NCBI RefSeq assembly: GCF_006345805.1
Contig: NC_043016.1
Coordinates: forward strand, 30,938,001-31,002,000
DNA: 64,000 bases
Direction of reading: 5' to 3'
Origin: Octopus sinensis
Taxonomy: Eukaryota
This document shows positions 49,170 through 62,774 of this stretch, one piece after another. The first letter of the stretch is position 1. Each line of letters starts with the position of its first letter. The notes under the pieces were generated by a model. That model made no database searches, was not told the origin of the DNA, and was given only the letters and a program-made list of their open reading frames with translations. The position numbers and the translations under genes were made by a program.

Positions 49170-49520
49170 CATTTGTTTCAGTCATTAGTCTGTGGCCATG
49201 CTGCAGCACCACCTTGAAGAAATTTTAGTTGAATGAATCAACCCCAATACTTTTTTAAGCCTGGTAATTTATCCTATCAGTCTCTTTCCAGAATTGCTAA
49301 GTTACAAGGATGTAAAACCATCAACGCTAACTGTCAAGCTGTGGTGGGGACAAACACACACACACACATAACTATATATGGCAGGCTTTTTTTTAGTTTT
49401 TCTGCCAAATCTACTCTCAATATATAGTTGAAAACATTTGCCCAAGGTGCCATACAATAGACTGAACCCAGAACCATGCAGGTGGGAAGCAAGCTTCTTA
49501 CAACACAGCTATGCCTGCAC
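49170..49520 (-). mobile_element. SINE family A, diverged
   Basis: Family A blocks in reverse orientation. Confidence 0.8.
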
Positions 49521-49585
49521 CTATTTACATAGACTTTTTTTTTTTGTAATATTAACATTATCAACATGTTCATAACTCTTAATTT

Positions 49586-49967
49586 CAATTCAAAAATCAG
49601 ATGTTCTCCTATCATAATTCTTATGCTTAAACTTATTCTAATCTATAAACTCATTGTTATTATTATTATTATTGTGAAGGCACATGGCTCAGTGGTTAGA
49701 GCGTCGAGCTTACGATTGTGAGGTTGTGAGCTCAAATCCCGGACCAGGCTGCGTGTTGTGTTCTTGAGCAAAAAATAAAATGTCTTGCTCAAGAACACAA
49801 CACGCAGCCTGGTTCGGGATTCGAGCTCACAACCTCACAATCGTAAGCTCGATGCTCTAACCACTGAGCCATGTGCCTTCACAATAATAATAATAATAAC
49901 AATGAGTTTATAGATTAGAATAAGTTTAAGCATAAGAATTATGATAGAACATCTAATTTTTGAATTG
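49586..49967. repeat. Near-perfect fold-back palindrome (arms about 185 bp, 13-nt loop)
   Basis: 49586-49771 versus 49785-49967; includes a SINE head and about 90 bp of its upstream flank. Confidence 0.95.
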
Positions 49968-50379
49968 CTCCAGTCCACTCAGCTGTAGAAATGAGTTGCG
50001 ACATCACAGGTGCCAAGCTGTATCTGTTGTTGCCTTTCCCTTGGATAACACTGGTGACGTGGAAAGGGGAGGCCGGTATGCGTGGGTGACTGCTGGTCTT
50101 CTATAAACAACCTTGCTCGGACTTGTGCCTGGGAGGGTAACTTTCTAGGTGCAATCCCATGGTCTGTGTCGTGACTGAAGGGGGTCTCAGCATTATTATT
50201 ATTATTATTATTAATGTTTATGCCAAGCATACTTTTAGTATTGATGATTCTGCAGATGTGCTGACCAAAAGAACACAGCCCTTTTAGCACAAGGGTACAT
50301 AGACACTAGGTTGACTTGATGGTGTGAGATTTATAAATTTTTAAAAATTAATGTCAAAGAAAAAACAAGGATTTATTCC

Positions 50380-51300
50380 CCATGGGTTGGCATTAGCTAT
50401 AAGTGAACTGTGTATTGTTATCTAGTTCAATAAAGGACACAATCATGTTGCACAAAGAATTTTGTGCTTATACAGATAGTATTTGAAAACCTTACTTCTC
50501 AAATTCAGAAGAGCACCAAGATGGTGTGAGTTTTATAAACTGGTCCTTTGTCAAGTTGTTTGCATCTCCTATTTCCATAAAAGTACAGCCTTAATCTTTT
50601 TATCGACCTTCAGTTGATGTTATATGATGTAGCTAAAGTTATGACAATATGGATTTGGGATTATTCGGTCTGGCCTTGAAGTGGCATTTTGTTCCTTTGA
50701 TGTATTACTGTACATACAGTTGGTCAGCACTACCTATGCTTTGTAGACCACAGCTTCTGTACTTACATGACTGTTCCATGAGCCTTCACTGTACACCCTA
50801 TAGGAGCTCCTGGCTCAACCCCCAGTTTAGGAGTATTAACTAATTTTTTGATGTTAGGTGTGCAGCTGAACATGTCTGTTAAATTGTGCCTTGAAATTTT
50901 TCAAATTTTCAAGGCACAATTTAACAGATATTTGAAAATTTTACTGTCTATGGTTTTGTGTAAAATGGTTATCTACTAATAATCTAAGGAAGGCCTACCC
51001 ATGCAGATTTTTCCATTAAGTGAGAGGGGGAGAATAAAGCAGATGCTCACAGCAGTACTTTCTGCTGTTGGTGCTAGAGCTAGGCATACAAGTAATGTGT
51101 TTTTTAAATTTATTGGTTGCTAAAGCTTTGTTATAGTATCAAAGATGTCTTTCTTGCAGGATAGGTTGGAGATCTTCCCACTTACACAATTTACAAAGTT
51201 TTTAGACACTATAAGTGGGTTGTAGAAAACTGTTGAGGTACAATGGCTTCTCGTTTGTTTTGTTGAAGGGCTTGTACAAATCTCTACCTAAATCAAGTAT
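50380..51300 (-). mobile_element. Penelope-like fragment (thumb to GIY-YIG)
   Basis: ISNLSCKKDIFD, VVYKA and QLKVDKKIKAVLLWK on the minus strand; heavily decayed. Confidence 0.6.
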
Positions 51301-51592
51301 TACATATAAGAAATTAAAAATGGTTATTGTGTGTGTGAAAGAATATGGACGTGGTGATGTTTGTATTCTGTGTTGACATTATGACCAGTTACTCTGTGCT
51401 TTCCAAGACCAGTGGAACATATAAATCTTTCTTGAAGAACAGGTGAGGGTTGGTAACAGAAAGAGCATCTAGCCATAAAAGCCTGCCTGAAAATCAATTC
51501 CCATCCAAGCCATGCTAGGTTGGAAAAATAGACATTAAGTGAATGCTGATGTATATGTGTATGTATATTCATATATAAGATATAGATATACT

Positions 51593-51630
<38 letters not shown>

Positions 51631-52555
51631 GAGAGAGAGAGAAGTGGGCACATTTTAATTCTGCTACTGCCACTCTGTGGTTTGATTGCTTCTACTGCAT
51701 TGCACAAAATATCAAAATACACACCAGAAATATTATCGTTTTAAATGTTAAGAATTTTTGACGTTACTGCGTCTTTAGTTACTCACAGCAACTCCTTTCT
51801 GCTATCATTTACACACACACACACACACCTCTCACCTGTTTCCAATTGTCAGACGCGTTTTCACAGAAGATTGGAAACAGACGATATCGCTTGTATGAAG
51901 GTGACTGTCTTTTACAGCTGTTGCGTAAATACATACTAGTACATATTATATACATACACATATACGCATGCATATATATATATATATATATATATGTACA
52001 TAGTTGAATGAAAACAATTGACATAATACGTAGCGTTCATGGATACAGGAAAGAATTTCAATTAACCGTTATATTTTATTTTATTTTATTTACAAATTAT
52101 GTTTCGAAATCGCTTTCGAAAGAGGCAGAATGCGATAACTAAAGATGCAAATTACATTACAAACTTTTCTTCATGTCCCAATTTTTCTTTCATCCTCTTA
52201 ACTTCCCCATTCTCTCTACTCAATCTTTCTTTCATACGCGTTACATACTTCTAATTCTCTGTCTTTTTCCAAACCTTGTCACCCACATTCCGCTCGCCAC
52301 GCTCTATCGCTCTCCTTAAACTACTTTTTGATCTTTTCCCTGTACGCCCTTGTCAATTACTTTCTAGTTACATTCGTCTATCACTTTCATACTGCACTCT
52401 CTTTTCGTTTTTCAATCCTACTGTTCGAAAGTTAGAATAAACAGATATATATAGATATAGATATATACTAATACGTGGCGTATTATTACATTAATATTAT
52501 TATATTTACAGTTTCGTATTTTACATAATAAATAATAAAATGAATGATTATTTTC

Positions 52556-52626
<71 letters not shown>

Positions 52627-52799
52627 TAAAAACTTGTTTAAAAATCCAACTCGTCTGTATAAAAACAAAGAAACAAGCAGAAACACCCCGTAACAAGCAT
52701 ACCACCTGCAACAATGTTAATAAATAAATAAATAAATAAATAAACTAAGGTTTAGAAGAAACTATCCCAGGTTTTAGGAAATAGACACCTTGCATACAA

Positions 52800-53830
52800 A
52801 AGCTCATTAACCAATAATTTTGGCTGAAGTGGTCTTGTGGCGGAAAAAGCGGTGGAGATATCGGCAGCAATTACTAAAGTGAGCAAGATGGTACTTTGCA
52901 AGAGCCCTCAACCTGTGACAAGAGAATAAAACATAGAAAGGATGCTTTAATACTGGTGTGTTGCAAGGTACAAGAAAAAAAAACAAAAAAAAAAACACTA
53001 GATTCAATGAAAGTACAAAATCCAAATATAACTTCTATAAGTAACGGTGGTACCCCCCAAGCACTTAAGCAATGAAGTGGGGAAGTGATATCTGATATGT
53101 AGTGGATCCCTATAAACAGCGGCATATATATATGGTCTTCAGTACATGAGTTATTATGAAAGAAAGAAGTGACCAGTATAATTAATTAAACTGGTGTATT
53201 TATGCTTTGTCGGAGGAGCCAAGAAAGCTAAGTTCAAAAACAACGCTTTTATCATGGAACCAACGAAGGAGCTTGTTATAAGGTCGTTCGATAAGCTACA
53301 AATAGCAGCTAAATATGCCTCTGAAATAAAAGTCCGCCTATAAAAAGGGCACATTGGATAATGTAGTCCTTCATACACAGAATAACAGGATGGTCACGGC
53401 GGAGACGCTTTTGATCATAAGGTCTTAGAAAATAATAAAGGACAAGTTTACTAATGTAGGTATCGAGCTATTGCGTCTGAAAGACAGACGGGTTGGTCAT
53501 GAATGAAATGGATCTAATCACAGGTCTGCTCCAGTGGGGCTGACCAAAATAACACGCGGGCAGTGGAGTTTAAGATGAATAAATCCTGTCGCGTATTAAA
53601 AATATGCAGACGACCAAGTATGGAAATACTTAGCAGACGACTAAATGTGGACGTTGTTCATCTCTCCACTTCCTCAAAGAAGTTCTTTGAAAGGTAGATT
53701 GATAAGACAAATTTTGTCTGCGTAAATAGGTCCAATTTGAGAATATGACAAATGGGGTACAGTATATCAAAAGCCACTGATATGGATCTCGCAGTTTATC
53801 TTAATACGAAAGTGGGACAACAACATGGGT
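52800..53830 (+). mobile_element. Possible ancient CR1/L2/Jockey-type RT relic
   Basis: Scattered weak motifs in the expected order (KSP.P, AFDHKVL, TGLLQ, DLAVYLNTK); no continuous frame. Confidence 0.3.
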
Positions 53831-54307
53831 GATATGTTGATTTGAAATAAATAGAAATTAATATGATTCATCACTTTTTTTTCTTTTCAATTTCTATTTG
53901 TTAACCTAAACTTCTTAAGAAACGCCTACTTAATAACGAAATCCTATGATCATTATTTTTGAGTACAACAATTGCACAGACGAAAGGGGAGAACTGATAA
54001 TTGTAGGAATCCTGACCAAGATTTGAGGGACTGAAAGAAAATAAACACTATCTTTCAAATTAAATATAAATTATGTAAGGCATATTAATTTACATCTGTA
54101 CATGCAGCGCAACATATAAATTTACACAAGATGTGAAAATGTATATTGATTAATCAACTCTATTACAATTATAGCAACAACCGTTATCAAAAGATTATTT
54201 CTAATACGCTTAAGCTGGTACTTCTCATCACAGTTATTTGACCTCTGATTCTTTACGACCTTTGACATCTCCAGTGTTGGTATAAGCGGCCTCACTATCA
54301 ATTCAAC

Positions 54308-54396
54308 ATGGCCGGGGAATATGAGAGCGTCATTTGTGTCAAGAACGAAGTTTTTGTATTTCGAATTCCACCCCGTTCGTCTAACAGAGGGTACAG
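54308..54396 (+). CDS. NECAP: NECAP (adaptin ear-binding coat-associated protein) first coding exon
   Basis: ATG at 54308 gives [29 protein letters not shown](R), with a phase-2 AG|GTGAGA donor. It closely matches the NECAP1/2 N-terminus [26 protein letters not shown]. Exon 2 was not found in the window. Confidence 0.95.
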
Positions 54397-55178
54397 GTGA
54401 GAGAAAACTATTTTCAATCAACTTTCTTTCAGAGATTTTTCCTTGTATTAATTTCTAAATATATGAGGTGAATTTGTCCATCAAAGTACGTAATTGTGCA
54501 CATGCTAGAGCATTACCGGAGTGAAGGGGTGTGTATACATACAAGTCTGTGAGGCCTGTTGCATGATGTGTCTTATCGTCATTACTTTTAATTCACGCAT
54601 TAATTAAAACAGACTCCCATCGAGATTATAATTAATATAGCATAGTCATATATATATATATTATATATATATATGTGTGTGTGTGTATATGTGAGTATGT
54701 GTGTGTGTGTGTGTGAATGAATATATCATCATCATTATCATGATCATCATTCAAAATTTGTTTTCCATGCTGGCATAGGTTGGACGGTTTCACAGAAGCT
54801 GGCAAACCGAGGACTGCGCCAGACTGTATTGTCTGCTTTGCCATGGTTTCTACGGCTAGATGCCCTCACTAATACCAACCACTTTACAGTTTACTGCTTG
54901 CTTTTTACCTGGCACCAGGACCGGCGAGCCCTCGATTGGGAGGAAGAGTAATATTAAAGAAGGTGGCTTTGTGCGACTTGATGACAGGTTTAAGTGTAAG
55001 CGAGGCATATAGATAGGTATCTGTTTATATGTGTTTGTAAATATAAGTATACATGTATATTTGTGTGTAAACGTAAGTATACTTGTATATGTGTGTGTGT
55101 AAATATAAGTATATGTATATTTAAATATACAAATATAAATATATACATATATATATAACTATATGTGTCAATATATAC

Positions 55179-55230
<52 letters not shown>

Positions 55231-55570
55231 CACATACACATCAAAATGTATGTCTGTAAGCATATTGGCTTGTATGTTTCCTTGAAATATTTCCTTTGGC
55301 AAAATTGACAGATAGTATAAGTACCAAACTTAAGAATAAAAAAAGTACTGTTCCAAAACTCTTCTGGCTGGTACCTCAGAATAGCTGTAGTGCATTGACT
55401 GAAAGAAAAAAAAAAGGAAAGCAAAATAGATAGTATATATATGTGTGTGTGTTTGTACACAAGTAAATATAATAGACATATATGGATAATACACACATAA
55501 ATATATATATATGCACAAGAGGAATTTTTATTTACTTCTTTTACTCAACTTATGTATATTTATGTGAGTA

Positions 55571-55602
<32 letters not shown>

Positions 55603-55666
55603 ATATATATATAATATATATATATATATGAATGATATACTTGATACACATATATAAATATATATA

Positions 55667-55721
<55 letters not shown>

Positions 55722-55725
<4 letters not shown>

Positions 55726-55901
55726 TGTTATATTTCGGAATGGTCATATTGCCAGTTTAGCCAATAAAAACACACCGCACTATATATTTGGTGTTATTTT
55801 GCTTCAGTGTTATTTATTTTTACATTAATCTTAATCTTATTTCGGCCAGAGTTCTTTCGTCACACTCCTGGCAATATGACCATTCCGAAATATAACAATA
55901 T
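55722..55901. mobile_element. MITE-like element with perfect 34-bp inverted repeats
   Basis: atattgttatatttcggaatggtcatattgccag at 55722-55755 and its exact inverse at 55868-55901. Confidence 0.8.
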
Positions 55902-55976
55902 CTGATTCAACACACGACTTCACATAAAAAATCTTGCACAACAAATATTTAAACGTATATATATTATATATATATA

Positions 55977-56007
<31 letters not shown>

Positions 56008-56379
56008 CATACATATATCTATATACATACATATATCTATACTTATACATATAGGTATACTTGTTTATATATTTATATATACTTATATACGCATACCCAT
56101 ACACACACATGCATGTGTATGTATGCATATCCATATATACACCCATGCACACACATTGGTGGATAAGTTGATGATTTCAACTCTCCTTTCTAGCAAGCTG
56201 GTGCTTCGTGTACCCTCTATTAATTGTGAATTGATTGCATAGCTAATATTGCTTGCTGCCACTAATATTATTGTCATTTTATCAATTATTTAGATTTACC
56301 ACTGATGATGATGATAATAATAATACCTTTACAAATATTCATTTGAATATTTACTTATTTATATATATATATATATATA

Positions 56380-56514
56380 GGTGCAGAAGTGGCTATGTGG
56401 TACCAGGTTCAGTCCCACTGCATGGCACCTTGGGCAAGTGTCTTCAACTATAGCCTCAGGCCAACCAAAGCCTTATAAATGGCTTTGATAGATGGAAACT
56501 GAAAGAAGGCTATC

Positions 56515-56545
<31 letters not shown>

Positions 56546-57155
56546 CATATGTGTGTGTGTGTGTTTTTATCTCCTCCACCATCACTTGACAACCGATGTT
56601 GGTGTGTTTACATCCCTGTAATTTAGTAGTTTGGCAAAAGAGATCTGATAGAATAAGTCCTGGGGTTGATTTGTTCAACTAAAGGCGGTGCTCCAGCATG
56701 GCTGCAGTCAAATGACTTAAACGAATGAAAGAATACATATATATACATATATTTTTTATCTTTTACTTGTTTCTGTCATCAAACTGAGACCATGCTGGAG
56801 CACCACCTTAAGGGATTTTTAGTTGAATGAATTGACTCCCAGAACTTTTCTTCTAAGCCTGGTACTTATTTTCTTGGTGTCTTTTTGCCAAAATTACAGG
56901 GACATAAACACGCCAGTACCAGTTGTCAAGCGGTGGTGGTGGTGGGGGGGGAGACACAGACACAAAGATGCACACACACTCACACATACACACATACAAG
57001 GGGCTTCTTTCAGTTTCTGTCAACTAAATCCACTCACAAGGCTTTGGTGGGCCTGAGATTATATAAGAACACATTAGCCTGACATGCCACACAGTGGGAC
57101 TGAGTCTGGAACCATGTGATTGGAAAGTAAACTTATAGGTGCAGCCACACCTGCA
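56380..57155. mobile_element. Adjacent oppositely oriented SINE family A pair (56380-56735 plus, 56760-57155 minus)
   Basis: Tail-to-tail copies separated by about 25 bp. Confidence 0.88.
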
Positions 57156-57230
57156 CCTATATATATATATAGTAATGGTAAGACAACAGAAGAATGAATG
57201 AGACCTTGATATTATGTAAATAGAGGAATT

Positions 57231-57459
57231 TATCTGTAATATAATATGTGACAATTATTTGGTTGCCCTTATAAGACTCCCGAGTTTCAGATGTGAGGGC
57301 AGAAAACTGCTCTGGCATCTCATCAGTTATTGAGGCAATAAAAAGATTTTTTGATTGCCTTGATAACTGACAAGATGCCGGAGCAGTTTTCTGCCCTGAT
57401 ATCCAAAACTCAGTCTCATTATGGCAGGCGAATAATTGTCCCATATTATATTACAGATA
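57231..57459. mobile_element. Palindromic MITE-like element
   Basis: Outer 29-bp arms and inner arms of about 45 bp fold around a short aaaaagatttttt centre. Confidence 0.75.
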
Positions 57460-58100
57460 TATATATATATATATATGCACGCACACACATATTTCCTCAT
57501 CATCATCGTTTGACATCCACTTACCATGCTGGCATGGGTTGGACGGTTTGACATGGTGCTGGCTAGCCAGGAAGGTTTCCAGACCCCAATTGTCTATTGT
57601 GGCATGGTTTCTATGCCTTTCCTAATGTCAATTACTTAACAGAGTGTGCTGGGTGCTTTTTGTGTGCCACCATCATGGGTGCTTTAATGCAGCACTGGCA
57701 TGGGTGCTTTTTATGTGGCACTGGCACCTGGAAGAACAAACCTGTATGTGTGGAAAACAGTGATATATGGAAGACATGTCTTATCTAGTACAACCAAAAT
57801 GTATCTCTGTAAATATGTTGGCTTGTGTACATACTTGTAACCTAGCACTGAGTGAAAATAGTGTGACATGATTAGAGATTGAGAATGAGTTGGACACAGA
57901 GGATAACAGTTGAGTAGAGGTTGAAGTGAAGGAAATAGGGTAACATAGAAGATTGATGGAAAAGTGGGTATTAGAAAATGAGTTGCCATGGAAGGCTTAG
58001 CAGAACCTCAATTCTGCTGAGATGGATGGTTCTTCTGAAGCACAGTATATCACTATTCAGCTCCATCACCCTTCATATTTATCTCTCTCAAATATATATA

Positions 58101-59391
58101 TACGGTGTGCGATAGGTAAATTGTCGCCATTTTATATTTTTAATTTCGTACATGTGCATTGTTTGTTTTTGATTTTGTTGAGTACACAGTATAGTAGGGT
58201 CAGTTGGGCCCCATCTGTGAGAAAAACAGCACCATGACGCAATTCACTCAGCTAGAAATTTGGAAATGACATGCTGTACTGCTTCGCATTCATCCCGGGA
58301 GCTCCAATATGAACATTTCCATGTGTTTGGGTGTCAATCTGAGGAAAGTGCAGAGGATTCAGAGAGAGTTGGATGAATCTAATGATGATTACGAAGGTAC
58401 AGCAGCTCAGAAAACTCACTGTGTTCGTTCCAATAACAAAAGAACTTCTGAATTTTTTGGTGAGATCCAGGCCATGATTGACAATGGTCCCATCCAAGTC
58501 AATTAGGTCCATTGCCAGGGACATGGGAGTGTCTGAGTTTCTTTTCAGGCAGGTAGTGCATGAAGACATTTGGTATTCCTCATACAAGATGAGAAAGGGC
58601 CAATTTTTATCTCAAGCCATCAAGGACAAAAGGAATGATCATGCTACGAAGCTTTTGAACAAACTTAAGCATCCCCTCCAACCAAACACGCTTTGGTTTT
58701 TCTCAGATGAGAAAAATTTCTGCCAGAATCATATGGTGAACAACAGAACAACAGTTGGCTTGCCATGTCCCCAAAACATGTACTGAGAGTCATAAAGATC
58801 AAACATCCAGTCAACATCATGGTGTTTGGAGTGATCACTAATGATGATGACGTTATGTCTCCATCTTCCCACACACCTCAGACTCAACACAGAGGCCTAC
58901 ATCTAGGTAGTGCTGCCCTGAGTCAAAAGGGTGAGTGCTGGAAGACCCTATGCCTAACAACAAGACTCTGCACCATGCCACACAAGCAGGAGGACCCAGT
59001 CATGGCTGTCAGACAATTTCTGTGACCACATCACTACTAATATCTGGTCACCTATCTCCCCAGACTGCAACCCCCTTGATTATTATGTGTGGTACGCAGT
59101 TGAGTGAGAGACCAACAAAACTCCTTGTAACACCAAAGATGAACTGAAGGCAAGGATTATGGCAGCATTCATTAACTTAAACAAGGAGACCATCCAGAAG
59201 AGTTGCAGGAGATTCTGAAGACCTCTGGAGGCCATGGTTGAAGCCAATGGCAATTTTATTGAATAGATTTACTCTTCAGTATTTCAAGATATTTTTATAT
59301 AACTTCGGTAAATATATCTATTAAAATGAGATGTCAGTGTTATTTTCATTTTTGTGTAATTTAGACAACAGTTTATTCACCGGACCCTGTA
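58101..59391 (+). mobile_element. Tc1/mariner superfamily DD37D (maT-type) transposon, disabled
   Basis: Transposase pieces WFFSDEKNF, IMVFGVIT, QDSAPCHTS and SPDCNPLDYYVW, with 37 residues counted between the second and third Asp. Frameshifts and stops are present; the right end reads ttattcaccggaccctgTA. Confidence 0.9.
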
Positions 59392-59664
59392 TATGTGTGT
59401 GTGTGCGCACACACACACACACATACAATATTATATATATATATAGTCTTTAAGACATAGGTTCAAGTCCCGATTGGTTACCAACCCAATGATATTACTC
59501 GTTTTTGTTTGTTTGCCCATGGCCTAGCGTTCTGGCTAGTCAACTGCCTAAGTATATTATTTTTTGGTAAATATATCTGTTAAACTGAGATGTCAGTGTT
59601 ATTTACATCTTTGCGTAATTTAGACAACAATTTATTCACTGCACCCTGTATGTATGTGTGTGTG

Positions 59665-59695
<31 letters not shown>

Positions 59696-60289
59696 ATATT
59701 TGTATGATTAAATTTGTCGGTGAATTCAAAAGAAGAGAAGAAAAAAAATTTGGTATATTTTAATTCCCTGTTACTCATTTTTCAATACAAGATAGAAGTT
59801 ATAAAAGTATACATGTAAATTAAAAATGTATAGAATCTCCTATCTATAGTTCTTCAGACAAAGATTCAAAAGCAATACAAATTTACAGTTGTAAGGTTAT
59901 AGTTGAAGACACTTGCCCAAAGTGCCATGCAGTGGGACTGAACCCGGAACCATGTGGTTGGTAAGCTACTTACCACATAGCCACTCCTGCACCTATATAT
60001 ATATATATACATTATTTTTCACACACACATACATGTGAATTGCATTCATATATATGCACTATCACTTACATTAAGAAATAAAGAAGAAAGCTAACTCCCA
60101 CATCACATATATTTACACATTTTTTTCAATATCGGTAAATGTACTGATGTTTAATTTGTTCTGTTTTTGTTTTTTTTTACCTAAGTTGTCATGCTGCGAT
60201 ATTTTGTTACATTAGTTTGTTTATTCTTTCTTTATAATTCCATTTCAATGATATAATGGTTATTTTTCAAATAAACATAAGAGAAATTC

Positions 60290-60624
60290 AAGTCTAGACT
60301 ATAAATAATATTATTATGTTGGTGACAAAGAGCTATAGAAGTTTGAGAAGTACAAGCCACTAAAATGATGAAATTGCTTGAATGTTCGGTAGTGAAGAAA
60401 GTAACTGTGATCCCAGTACTTGTATGGCCACTAGGAATAGGTTTGAGAAACTTGTTGGAAAAATTTGGATTGCCATGATGGTAGGACATGCTTAGAAAAC
60501 TGCTTTATTGGAAACAGCAAGGATTTTGAAATGGATACTTGGATGTTAAGTATCGTGGAAAAAGACCCTCTCTGAACAGGTTGTTGTCTGCTCTTACAGA
60601 ATTAGCCAGAGCAAGTGAAATGGA

Positions 60625-60659
<35 letters not shown>

Positions 60660-60665
60660 TAATAA
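60290..60665 (+). mobile_element. R4/Dong-like 3' terminal fragment
   Basis: EKFEKYKPLK and KTALLETARILKWIL-like motifs, followed by (AAT)n at about 60626-60668. Confidence 0.6.
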
Positions 60666-61217
60666 TAGTACCAGGCAGTGGCTCTCATGGCTTCTGATCT
60701 TAACTGATTGGAAGTGTTATCATGTACATTGTCTTGTCTTGGTATAAAAGATGGGCTACAGCAAATATTCAGCTCAGTACCACAGATTTGCTTCTCAGTT
60801 GTTTGACCTTAACCAGTTGAGCATGTCCCTTAATGGCTGACGATATGTGCATCTCTGATCATGAGCAGAAGTAGTGGGGAAGCATCATAGCTGTCTATTG
60901 AGAGGGATTCTTAGAGGTTTGGATGATTTACCTTTGGAAACATGGGTATTTCATTTAACATCCTTAAACAACCCTTATACAAGAACCTTTTGAGTGGAAT
61001 GGGCTACTCGACCAGAAGAAAATTCTAACTGGGCCCCACCTGCAAGGTCATGCATTGTTAATCTTAATACGAGATCACCATGTCTTGCACATATGTCTGT
61101 GAAGGATGTGCCTAGTGTTCCTTTATCAAACAGGTAGTCATGATGGATATATTGGGCTTCGTATATTTTACCCCAGTGTCACTTTGGTAGCATGAACCGC
61201 TCTCTCACTCAATAATG

Positions 61218-61248
<31 letters not shown>

Positions 61249-61519
61249 TAATAATTTTTCCACAAGAGCAGCCATTTTGAGGGAGTGGATAAGTTGATTA
61301 TAGTTATAATAATTTCAAATTTCTGCTCAAGGCCAACAGTTTTGGGTGAGAGGTAAGGCTCACATTGGTAAGGCTTACATTGTCTCCAGTGCTCAACTGG
61401 TACTTAGCTTATCAATCCTGAAAGGATGAAAGGCAGAATTTGAACTCAGAACATAAAACTGGATGAAATGTGGCTAAACATTTTGCCCGGTGTTAATGAT
61501 TCTGCCAGCTTGCTGCCTT

Positions 61520-62640
61520 AATGATACTATGGAAAACTAGGAAATTGGTGACAGTGCATAAAGAACTCCATGCAAGGACTCATGCTACAAGATTTTATAT
61601 TGGAAGAAAGAAAGGAGGTAGAGAATTTATAAGTTGTGCAAATTGTGTCATAAGTGAAGAAAATGATCTTGCTTGGTACCTTAAGAATCTAAAGGGTAAC
61701 ATCATGTCAAATGTAAGAGTCGTTACCACACTGAAATCTGCTGATGCAGTGACACCAAATGAATGCAAGAAGAGAGTAGAAAAAGATCTTGTAAAGGAAT
61801 TGAAGGACAAACTTATACATAAGCAGTACATGCAATATAAAGTTGGCATTGATTGGGATAAGAGTTGGTTGTGGCTGAGTATTAGTGACCTGAAAGGATG
61901 CACTGAAGCTCTGGTGTGCAGTGCCAAAGAGCTGGCTCTCTGAACTAACTACATTAAATATTAGGTTGACAAAATGAAAGAATCATCATTATGGAGAATG
62001 TGTGGAACAAACAGAGAAACTGTCAGCCATCTTGTAAGTGAATGTTCAAAAGGAAACACTGAGATAGTACAAAAGATGACATGAATAATTTTGCGAGATA
62101 TATTCATTGAATGATATCTGAGAAATGTAGGTTTGTCAGAGCAGTTAAATGGTATGAGCAGAAGCCAGAAGGGGTGTTAGAGAATGACAAATTAAAGCTT
62201 TTGTGGGACTTCACCATTCAGTGTGATAGAATGACTGGGGCAAGAAGACCAAACATTGTAGCTGTCAACAAGAAAGAAAAAAAGACCCAAGTTCTCCACA
62301 TATGTATCCCAGGAGAAAGTAGAGTGAAATATAAAGAGTGTGACAAGAAGGAGAGAGGTTGGGAAAGTTGTGGGGGATAGTAGGTTTTTGTGATTCCTGT
62401 ACTGACTGGAGCATTGGGATTTGTATCAGTTTTAAGGAATGTGTAAATAAAATTGGAATTGATGCAAGGTCAGAGGTCATATAGAGGACAGCAGTTTTTG
62501 GTACATCAAGGATTTTAAGGAAAGTCTTGTCTGTGTAAGGCACAGGAGAGAAGCAGTAAGAGGCCATTGTCAGCTTGTTGACTGCTCCCTGTGAACCATT
62601 TAACAGCTAAAGCTGAAATGAATCATAATAATAATAACAA
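61520..62640 (+). mobile_element. R4/Dong-like (restriction-like endonuclease) non-LTR retrotransposon, 3' part
   Basis: KTRKLVTVHKELH...RFYIGRKKGGR, SWLWL..SDLKGCTEALVC, zinc knuckle (W)RMCG...H..SEC, LLWDFTIQCD, RRPNIV and TAVFGTSRILRKVL, ending in an (AAT)n-like tail. Confidence 0.88.
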
Positions 62641-62774
62641 CAATGATAACAATAGATCCATGTAAAAAATAAATAATAATTGAGTCATTCTCATAACAAT
62701 TATATCATTTTGTGTATATTTATACATATATGTGTAAGTTTATATGTGCTTATATATTAATTTTTATATTCTTT

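Noticed and set aside
50770-50900. Minus-strand exon-like NTPKLGVEPGAPIGCTVKAHGTV with a GTAAGT donor
   Set aside because: Sits at the decayed Cys-motif position of a PLE, between thumb and VVYKA motifs.
55250-55420. Strong minus-strand acceptor (T/C tract plus CAG) and an open frame antisense to NECAP intron 1
   Set aside because: No donor, no recognisable protein, and the frame is fused to microsatellite ORFs.
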